From NCBI GenBank assembly GCA_964387115.1, contig CAYLVN010000001.1:1-30733 (forward strand): DNA of 30,733 nucleotides. Reading direction: 5' to 3'. This document shows positions 7,957-14,527 of this stretch, piece after piece. The stretch comes from an uncultured Fibrobacter sp. (GTDB lineage Bacteria; Fibrobacterota; Chitinivibrionia; Chitinivibrionales; Chitinispirillaceae). Position 1 is the first letter of the stretch, and each line of letters starts with the position of its first letter. The notes under the pieces were generated by a model. That model was not told where the DNA came from. It saw nothing but the letters and a program-made list of their open reading frames with translations, and searched no databases. The translations under genes and the position numbers were made by a program.

Positions 7957-10119
7957 CTAATCTTTTTTCGATTTGTAATAATGATAATAGTATTTGTAAT
8001 ATCCGTAACTTGAGTACCGGTGCGAAAGGTTGATATCATTAAGCACCGCCCCGAGTATCCTTACGCCTACATTTCTCACCGTATTTACTGCTCTCAAAGC
8101 GATGTCCCGATCTGTATGGTGAGATTTTATAACTATCAGCAAACCATCCATTTTTGTTCCCAACAAAGTCGCATCTGTAACAGCAACAACAGGCGGTGTA
8201 TCGAAAAATATAACATCATAGTTGCTTCGGAAATAATCCAAAATTTGAATCATGCGGTTTGAACCCAGCAGCTCGGCCGGGTTGGGGGTAAACATGCCTG
8301 CAGTTATAAGGAACAGGTTCTCTTTCTGAGTGTGCTTTGTCACCCGGTCGTAATCAGGGTTTTCCATAAAAAGATCTGTAAATCCAGGTTCCCGTTTTGT
8401 ATTGAAAATGTGATGAAGAACCGGACGGCGTAAATCTGTGTCAACAAGCAGTGTCTTTTTTCCCATCTGTGCGTAAGCCATGGCCAGATTGGAAATGGTC
8501 AGCGATTTTCCTTCTGAAGGTCCGGCAGATGTAAGTACGATAGCCTGCAGCGGTTTATCTGGACTTACAAATGATAGATTCGTGCGCAGAGAACGATAGG
8601 ATTCTGTAATAACAGAATCATCACCATCAAAGCGAAACACCTGACGGGGGTATTGAAGAACCGACATGCCTTTCTTGTTCTTTGAGGAGCGCCGCCGGAT
8701 TTCAAGCTCATTCTTCTTATATGTAATATGAGGTATTGTACCCATTACCGGCAGCTCCAGATATCTTTCAACATCATCGTTTGATTTGATAGTCGTGTCA
8801 TTAAACTCAATCAGAAAAGCCAATCCAAAGCCAAGAACCAATCCCAGAAAAATGCCCAGGATGTAGAATCTGGTCTCATTTTTGGGTACAGGATCGCGCG
8901 GCATTACCGGAAGGTCAACAATCTTTACTCCGGCGGAACTGGATGCACTCTTTATACGCTCTTCTTCGGCTTTTTCCAGAAGAATAGTGTAGATATTCTC
9001 GTAAATTTCTTTAGATCTCTTTAAACGGAGAAGCTCAAGGGACTGAGAGAGAATATCAGGATTGCCCTTTTTATAAGAGGTTATGGCCTTTTCGTATGAC
9101 TCAAGGCGTCTTCTGAACAGCTCCAGTTCGCCTTCTTTGGTTAAAACGGATTTCCGGAGCTCCTGCCATTGACGCATTGTAGCAGGATCGATAGTGGTGC
9201 TGCTTGGAGTCTGTTTGAATTCAAGCAGCTTGTTCTCTATCTCCTGAATCTCTCTGTCAACCGTTGAGACCCCCGCCAGACGGATTCCAAGTCCCTCAAG
9301 ACGCAATTTCTCTTTTTCCAGTTCACTGAGCTTTGCCCTGAGCTGGTTGTACTGGGGTGAGCGCAGTGTGCTTGCCGGAGTAATTTTACCTTCGAGATTG
9401 GCAAGCTGCTTTTTTTCCGCATTCAGATCTGCCTGCTTGAGCCCCAGTTGAGCAAGCCCGCTTGCATAAGCGTCCTGCAGTGTCTTCAGTTCCGGAGTGG
9501 TACCTTCCTGAATCTGACCTGTTTTTTCACTGAAACTGCGGTAATCGTGCTCAGCCTGCTCGAGATTTTTCCTTATCAGTTGTAACTGATTCTCAATTTC
9601 ATAGAGGGCCCTTCGTGATTCCTCGCTGGCAACCTCCTGACATCGGGTACGGAATATTACCGTACTTTTTGAGGCTATCTGAAAAGCAAGCTCTCTTGAC
9701 TGCGCCCGGGAAACCAGATTGAGAAAAGAAGTGAAAGTGGTTTTACGCAGTGTCAGGCTGCTCTGAATATATCTGAGTGCCTGATCTCTGGTAATCTTCG
9801 GGACAACTTTCTCAAAAGGCTCTATTCCAATACTGTCAAAAACATTTTCCATAAATGTACGGCTTGCCAGAATACCTTCATAAAAACTCAGAGTCCGGGT
9901 ATTTACGTTCATCATCTGATTGACAAATGCACCCTGCTCCTCAATGACCAGTGTCGAGTATGACTCGTAAATATCTTCAATCTGATAGACATAGTAAAGA
10001 GTAGTAAGAAGAACACTCAGAAACGACAGTACTATTACCCATCGCCTGCGGAATATTACTGCAAGGTAGTCTTTGATTCCGGCACTGGTCCGGAGCTTTT
10101 GTAATGTAAGCGATGCCAT
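7957..10119 (-). CDS. wzc: polysaccharide co-polymerase / bacterial tyrosine kinase (Wzc/GumC + CapB type)
   Basis: Two TM segments around a coiled-coil periplasmic region. ESYRSLRTNL; Walker A GPSEGKS; Walker A' LLVDTDLRRP; Walker B IFFDTPP; C-terminal cluster of 9 Tyr (YSSYGYYKYYYHYY). Confidence 0.93.
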   Translation of the reverse strand: MASLTLQKLRTSAGIKDYLAVIFRRRWVIVLSFLSVLLTTLYYVYQIEDIYESYSTLVIEEQGAFVNQMMNVNTRTLSFYEGILASRTFMENVFDSIGIEPFEKVVPKITRDQALRYIQSSLTLRKTTFTSFLNLVSRAQSRELAFQIASKSTVIFRTRCQEVASEESRRALYEIENQLQLIRKNLEQAEHDYRSFSEKTGQIQEGTTPELKTLQDAYASGLAQLGLKQADLNAEKKQLANLEGKITPASTLRSPQYNQLRAKLSELEKEKLRLEGLGIRLAGVSTVDREIQEIENKLLEFKQTPSSTTIDPATMRQWQELRKSVLTKEGELELFRRRLESYEKAITSYKKGNPDILSQSLELLRLKRSKEIYENIYTILLEKAEEERIKSASSSAGVKIVDLPVMPRDPVPKNETRFYILGIFLGLVLGFGLAFLIEFNDTTIKSNDDVERYLELPVMGTIPHITYKKNELEIRRRSSKNKKGMSVLQYPRQVFRFDGDDSVITESYRSLRTNLSFVSPDKPLQAIVLTSAGPSEGKSLTISNLAMAYAQMGKKTLLVDTDLRRPVLHHIFNTKREPGFTDLFMENPDYDRVTKHTQKENLFLITAGMFTPNPAELLGSNRMIQILDYFRSNYDVIFFDTPPVVAVTDATLLGTKMDGLLIVIKSHHTDRDIALRAVNTVRNVGVRILGAVLNDINLSHRYSSYGYYKYYYHYYKSKKD

Positions 10120-10121
10120 AG

Positions 10122-11015
10122 TTATTTGAATAGATTGGTAAAAGTCTGAATCGTTATTATAAATAATAAAGTGTTGTTAAGAATTGTCAGAATCGTTCTC
10201 CAGTCATACCATCGTGAATAAACTATTATAATATCTCCTTCGTAAATAAGCGGGATCTGTTCCATCTGACCTTTATCGATATAGGATTGAATGTCAAAAA
10301 CCTCTTCGATGACTTTATTGTTTTCCTGCTGTGAAATCCTTCTTACTTTTGTCAGATCGGCTTTTTCAGAGGGCCCGCCTGCAAGATAAATGACTTCGAA
10401 AATGTTCATTTTGTCTTCAAGATCAAACAAACCGGGTTTCTGAACAGAACCGATAACTTTGATTTTCTTCGAACGTTCCTGAGAAAGAACAATGACCATG
10501 TCCTCATTTTCCAGTGTCGGCATAGTCTCAATATTACCATCTTCCATGAACTTTAACAGATCGTATGTTTTCTCGGAATCAGGATTGTTTTTGTGAACTA
10601 TTTTCACCCTGGACAAATCCGCCTGTTCCTGTGTGCCTCCGGCAAGTTTAATTGCTTCCTGTATAGAGGCCCCCTGAAGTGTCCTTACCGGACCGGGATT
10701 AACAACCTGCCCGAGAACATTTATAAGTATTTCCGGTTTTTCCACAATAGAAATCAGAACAAGAGGATTGTCAATATGGCGTGCAAGTCTGAACGTGAGA
10801 TCATTCATTAAATCCGATGTACTCATGTTGGTAATAATCTGATCTGCAAGAAGCGGATAATCAATTGTTCCATTATCATTTACGGTGTAACGCCCTGAAA
10901 ATTCAGGGTTCGACATTACCTGGATTTCCAGCACATGTCCGGCTTTAATAGTCGCTCCGGCAACCGGCATGCTTGCGGCTGTCAGGAGTAAAAGAATCGT
11001 GATAATCTTCTGCAT
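10122..11015 (-). CDS. wza: OPX polysaccharide export protein (Poly_export + SLBB repeats), Wza-like, no lipobox
   Basis: Poly_export signature IKAGHVLEIQV...YTVNDNGTIDYPLL. SLBB repeats INVLGQVVNPG...EAIKLAGG and VIGSVQKPG...EVIYLAGG. Hydrophobic C-terminal helix; 2 nt upstream of wzc. Confidence 0.88.
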   Translation of the reverse strand: MQKIITILLLLTAASMPVAGATIKAGHVLEIQVMSNPEFSGRYTVNDNGTIDYPLLADQIITNMSTSDLMNDLTFRLARHIDNPLVLISIVEKPEILINVLGQVVNPGPVRTLQGASIQEAIKLAGGTQEQADLSRVKIVHKNNPDSEKTYDLLKFMEDGNIETMPTLENEDMVIVLSQERSKKIKVIGSVQKPGLFDLEDKMNIFEVIYLAGGPSEKADLTKVRRISQQENNKVIEEVFDIQSYIDKGQMEQIPLIYEGDIIIVYSRWYDWRTILTILNNTLLFIITIQTFTNLFK

Positions 11016-11055
11016 AGATCCTCATGCGAAAAAAGCCTGTAAACGGCAATGATTC

Positions 11056-12117
11056 TCAGTTGGCAGCCATAAAAACAAACGGATAAGAAACAGTCACATC
11101 ACCATCCGGTATTGATTCAAACTGCCACATTTTAATTTTTCTTATTATCTCTGATTCAAGTTCTGTGCTTCCGGTAGTGTTCTCAATTACCTTTACCATA
11201 GAAACACTTCCGGAAGCTGTGATGGTGAATCTGACGGTAATCTTTCCTGATAACGACGGATCACGCTTGAGATATTTTTCATAGCTCATGCGTATGCTTG
11301 CTTTATGAGATGCGACAACAGAATTGATAATATCGGAATCTCTCTTTGAGTTCGATGATGCAGAGCCTTCTATGCTTTCGGGACGTTGTATTACAAACTC
11401 ACCCTTCTTTGACAGCTCTACTGTTTTTGCCCCGCCAACTCCGGCAATCAGGTCATCAATCTCCTGCCTGTGCGACACCACCACATCCTTGCTCTTTACT
11501 AACTTGCGGTTCAGTACATCTACTTCCTGTGTTTTCTGAAGTCCTGCCATATTGGCAAGGGCCGCATCCAGATCCCCGAATTTCTCTTTCTTGTCTTTCA
11601 TCGTTCCAAGGACATCGACCACCGATGGGCCTTTTGCAGTTGTTCCTACACCGGTCAGCATTCCAAGGACCCCGACAGTTCTGATTTTTTCCTCGACTTT
11701 TGCCGTTCTTGCCTGAACTGCCTTTTGTGCCTGTGCACGTTCAACCGGGCCGATTACTTTTGGTTCCGATCTGGTTGTTTGAGTCTCGGTTTTTGCCGCT
11801 TCTGATGCGCCGCTTCCAGTGCTCTCTGCAGTTTTCTTTACAGTTTTTTTAGGAAGGGGCTTCTCGATTATGAGGCGGGCAAAACGTTCCGGCACATCCT
11901 CAAGCTTTACTTCAACATGTTCAATTTCTATCTGCCGGGTATACCATATAAGAGCCAGATGTACTCCGACAGAGAGAAGCGCAATAAGAAAAAAACGCAC
12001 ATCGAGCTTCTTCCAGGGAGTACCACGCAGCTGCCGCAAAGTGCGGTTGTCGATAACAATTCTGCTGCCGGTTCCGGCGATGATTGCGTTATTCTGAACG
12101 TCCAACCTATTCCCCAC
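11056..12117 (-). CDS. TonB-C energy-transducer-like protein, AgmX/PglI (GltJ/GltG) C-terminal-domain type
   Basis: One N-terminal TM with His (LLSVGVHLALIW) and a low-complexity Lys/Thr/Glu linker. GVLGMLTG motif and C-terminal IRMSYEKYLKRDPSLSGKITVRFTI...WQF...VSYPFVF. Confidence 0.8.
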   Translation of the reverse strand: MGNRLDVQNNAIIAGTGSRIVIDNRTLRQLRGTPWKKLDVRFFLIALLSVGVHLALIWYTRQIEIEHVEVKLEDVPERFARLIIEKPLPKKTVKKTAESTGSGASEAAKTETQTTRSEPKVIGPVERAQAQKAVQARTAKVEEKIRTVGVLGMLTGVGTTAKGPSVVDVLGTMKDKKEKFGDLDAALANMAGLQKTQEVDVLNRKLVKSKDVVVSHRQEIDDLIAGVGGAKTVELSKKGEFVIQRPESIEGSASSNSKRDSDIINSVVASHKASIRMSYEKYLKRDPSLSGKITVRFTITASGSVSMVKVIENTTGSTELESEIIRKIKMWQFESIPDGDVTVSYPFVFMAAN

Positions 12118-12625
12118 GTTTCCTTACAGCTAATGAAAAATTATTATACTCCTGCTGGCCACATGTATACATGATCTTCTTAAGAAGGCGGAATCGTATC
12201 CGCTTATCGCCCAAAATCGTAATTTCCCCTTTAAACTTGGTCTTATCAGAATATTGACTTATCTTTTCAGTCGCTTCGCGCCTTTTTCCCAGCCACTGGT
12301 AAAGACCGGGTATAATAAGCTCTTCCGATTCCATAATTTCAGGTACCTTGTCCACGATCTGATTTTCGGCAAGGATATATTTGTTATTTACAGTTAATGT
12401 AACTCTCAGTTCCGGTTTCTTCTGAGCGCTTGATTCCGGCAGTTCAAGTTCTCTTGACACAGTCAGAATTTCACCTTCTGTAGAGAAGCTCTGAAGAAGA
12501 TAAATAAGAAGAATAGTCATTGCATCGACCAGTGAAGTAAGCTGAGGTTTGAAACCCTTGAGTTGGGTTCTGGCCTTGCACTTTCTAACACGGATCATTT
12601 GTGATTTCGATGCAGGAAAACTCAT
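12107..12625 (-). CDS. ExbD/TolR family protein (AglS-like), conserved TM Asp present
   Basis: QLTSLVDAMTILLIYLLQSFS TM segment; ELELPES; ITILGDKRIRFRLLKKIMYTCGQ. Confidence 0.88.
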   Translation of the reverse strand: MSFPASKSQMIRVRKCKARTQLKGFKPQLTSLVDAMTILLIYLLQSFSTEGEILTVSRELELPESSAQKKPELRVTLTVNNKYILAENQIVDKVPEIMESEELIIPGLYQWLGKRREATEKISQYSDKTKFKGEITILGDKRIRFRLLKKIMYTCGQQEYNNFSLAVRKRGE

Positions 12626-12948
12626 ATGGCCTCTTCACTATCAACAACCTTGAAAATTTTATCCAGGTTGGTTCCGGTAAACATGTTTCTGATAAACCCC
12701 TGCGGATTCAGGAATATGAGCTCTCTGTTCTGTTCCCCCAAAAGTCGCCAGATATATACAAATGCCCCAAGTCCATGGCTGTCAATAAAAGTGGTCTTGC
12801 TTAGATCAACAACAACCTTCTGAGAGTCCCCTTTTCGCAGACCTTCAAGTTTTGAGGTGACTTTTCCGACGTTCTCACCTGTTATTTCTCCGGTAATCTC
12901 AAGCACCGGACTGGAATTGATCTTTTTTGACCTGATTTTGAGGCTCAT
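12622..12948 (-). CDS. STAS-domain anti-sigma-factor antagonist (SpoIIAA/RsbV-like)
   Basis: VVVDLSKTTFIDSHGLG with the phospho-acceptor Ser after Asp; TNLDKIF. ATGA overlaps with both neighbours. Confidence 0.9.
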   Translation of the reverse strand: MSLKIRSKKINSSPVLEITGEITGENVGKVTSKLEGLRKGDSQKVVVDLSKTTFIDSHGLGAFVYIWRLLGEQNRELIFLNPQGFIRNMFTGTNLDKIFKVVDSEEAI

Positions 12949-13457
12949 CCTATATCTCCTGATAAACCGATTTCAGGAAATTGCGATTCACGGCATATAT
13001 CCATGAATTTGATTATATCATCATAAAGAACTTCACCTTCAAGCACCAGAACAACACTCTTTTGTGAGGGATACTGGAATTTTATCGCCTTTAACAGCAC
13101 TCTGAGCTGCTCAAACTGGTATTGTCCGCGAACCATCGGTACCTGGTCGAGTTTTTTACCCGTCCCTACAATCCGGAATCCTTCGTTGGTAACAACTATC
13201 GATATGTCAAGTTCTTTTGATTCTGTAGATTCTCCGGAGGTGCCCTGTGCGGGCGGAAGCGAAAAATCGACCGTTGCTATATGCGTAAATACCGCCATAG
13301 ATACCAGAAATGGAATCATCACCATAAAGAGGTTCATCACAGACGTAACATCAAGATCCAGTGCCTCTACTTCTTTACTGGTCGATTTTTTCGATCTCTT
13401 TGTGGCAGGAAAAGCCTTCTGCATCGGCTTATCATTATTTATCTCTTTATCGGCCAT
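12945..13457 (-). CDS. ExbD/TolR family protein (AglQ-like), TM Asp replaced by Asn
   Basis: DLDVTSVMNLFMVMIPFLVSMAVF TM segment; VDFSLP; VVLVLEGEVLYDDIIKFMDICR. Confidence 0.85.
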   Translation of the reverse strand: MADKEINNDKPMQKAFPATKRSKKSTSKEVEALDLDVTSVMNLFMVMIPFLVSMAVFTHIATVDFSLPPAQGTSGESTESKELDISIVVTNEGFRIVGTGKKLDQVPMVRGQYQFEQLRVLLKAIKFQYPSQKSVVLVLEGEVLYDDIIKFMDICRESQFPEIGLSGDIG

Positions 13458-13475
13458 TGCCCTGTCTCCCGGTAA

Positions 13476-14108
13476 TCAGGATCTTCTTTGAGCATAAAGG
13501 AAATTCAGCAGACGAACCGAACTCTCATCGATTTCCTCTATAATTGTATTTGCTTTAGACCCCAGGATTGAATAGGCTATCATGCAGGGGATAGCCACGA
13601 TGAGCCCCAAGGCTGTTGTATTCATGGCGATTGCAATACCTTTGGCAAGGATGACGGCTTTCTGCGACGGGTCTGCGGCAGATAGTGCACCGAATGCTTC
13701 CTGAAGCCCGAATATTGTACCCAAAAGACCCAGCAATGTGGCAATATTTGCAAAAAGAGAAAGGTAATGGGTTCTGCGCTGTATACGTGGAAGCTCTCGT
13801 AAAGCAATTTCATCGACTGCATTCTGGATCTCCTGATCCGGTTCCTGCTGCTGGAAATGCCACAGGGCCGATTCAAGAATAGCAGATAGAGGTGTTTTTG
13901 TCTTTGCACAGATCTGACGCGCATTCTCCAGATCTCCATTGCGTACCATTCGTGTGATCTGAGTCAGCATTGCTTTGGCATCTATACGGCAATGTACATA
14001 GTAATAAAAAAGCCTCTCCAGCGTTACTGCCAGTGCAAACGCAGAAACCGCTGCGATAGGGTGCATCCAAATCCCGCCTTGCTGATACCATTGGGCAATC
14101 GCTTGCAT
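13476..14108 (-). CDS. MotA/TolQ/ExbB proton-channel protein (AglR-like)
   Basis: GGIWMHPI...VTLERL; ATLLGLLGTIFGLQEAF; AKGIAIAMNTTALGLIVAIP. GAGGAGG RBS. Confidence 0.92.
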   Translation of the reverse strand: MQAIAQWYQQGGIWMHPIAAVSAFALAVTLERLFYYYVHCRIDAKAMLTQITRMVRNGDLENARQICAKTKTPLSAILESALWHFQQQEPDQEIQNAVDEIALRELPRIQRRTHYLSLFANIATLLGLLGTIFGLQEAFGALSAADPSQKAVILAKGIAIAMNTTALGLIVAIPCMIAYSILGSKANTIIEEIDESSVRLLNFLYAQRRS

Positions 14109-14177
14109 ATTTCCTCCTCACTTCAGATCACATTCAATTTATAAAAATTGTGTTATTACCCGATTTTATAAATACAA

Positions 14178-14207
14178 AGTCTACCATTTACCTGCCCGAA
14201 GTGTCAA
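14178..14207 (-). promoter_or_regulatory. putative internal sigma70 promoter for the motor + polysaccharide half of the operon
   Basis: Minus strand TTGACA-N18-TAGACT with a TGn extended -10, inside the 125-nt gap upstream of the ExbB-like gene. Confidence 0.55.
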
Positions 14208-14233
14208 TGTTTCAAAACCCTTTCCCCTTATTT

Positions 14234-14527
14234 CTACTCAATTATGGGTGAAAATGGCAGCGGATCAGCCAGATCCTCTTTAAAAGACCTCTCAAACTCT
14301 ATTTCTCTGTAAATAGTCCTCTCTTTTGGAAGAAAAATCATGACCTGCGGTTTTTCAATTTTCCCTTTGATCTTTACACCGACAGTAAAGGTGATTGTTC
14401 CGGGCTGCTCAATCCGGTATCCCTGCTCCTCTACACTGTCAGGCTCAGCTGCTTTTACCTGAGGTGCTGCCAGACAGGCTGCCGCTGAAGTGAGAACAAA
14501 TAAAAAGAAGGCCGCTTTAAATTTCAT
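14234..14527 (-). CDS. small exported protein, GltF/CglF-like
   Basis: Signal peptide; IKGKIEKPQVMIFLPK...ERSF resembles the small IEG-x-x-x-KP proteins that follow TPR genes in Glt-like clusters (recalled, not searched). ATGA overlap with the TPR gene. Confidence 0.6.
   Translation of the reverse strand: MKFKAAFFLFVLTSAAACLAAPQVKAAEPDSVEEQGYRIEQPGTITFTVGVKIKGKIEKPQVMIFLPKERTIYREIEFERSFKEDLADPLPFSPIIE

Noticed and set aside
11016-11055. Terminator between the motor genes and wza (GCCGTTTACAGGC-TTTTTT on the minus strand)
   Set aside because: The stem is only 3-4 bp with a bulge, too weak to call. It could still attenuate, so co-transcription needs testing.
11056-14108. Canonical Tol-Pal or TonB nutrient-uptake operon
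   Set aside because: There is no tolB, pal or TonB-dependent receptor. Two ExbD paralogs, an AgmX/PglI-type C-terminus and GltF-like/TPR neighbours fit the Agl-Glt class better.
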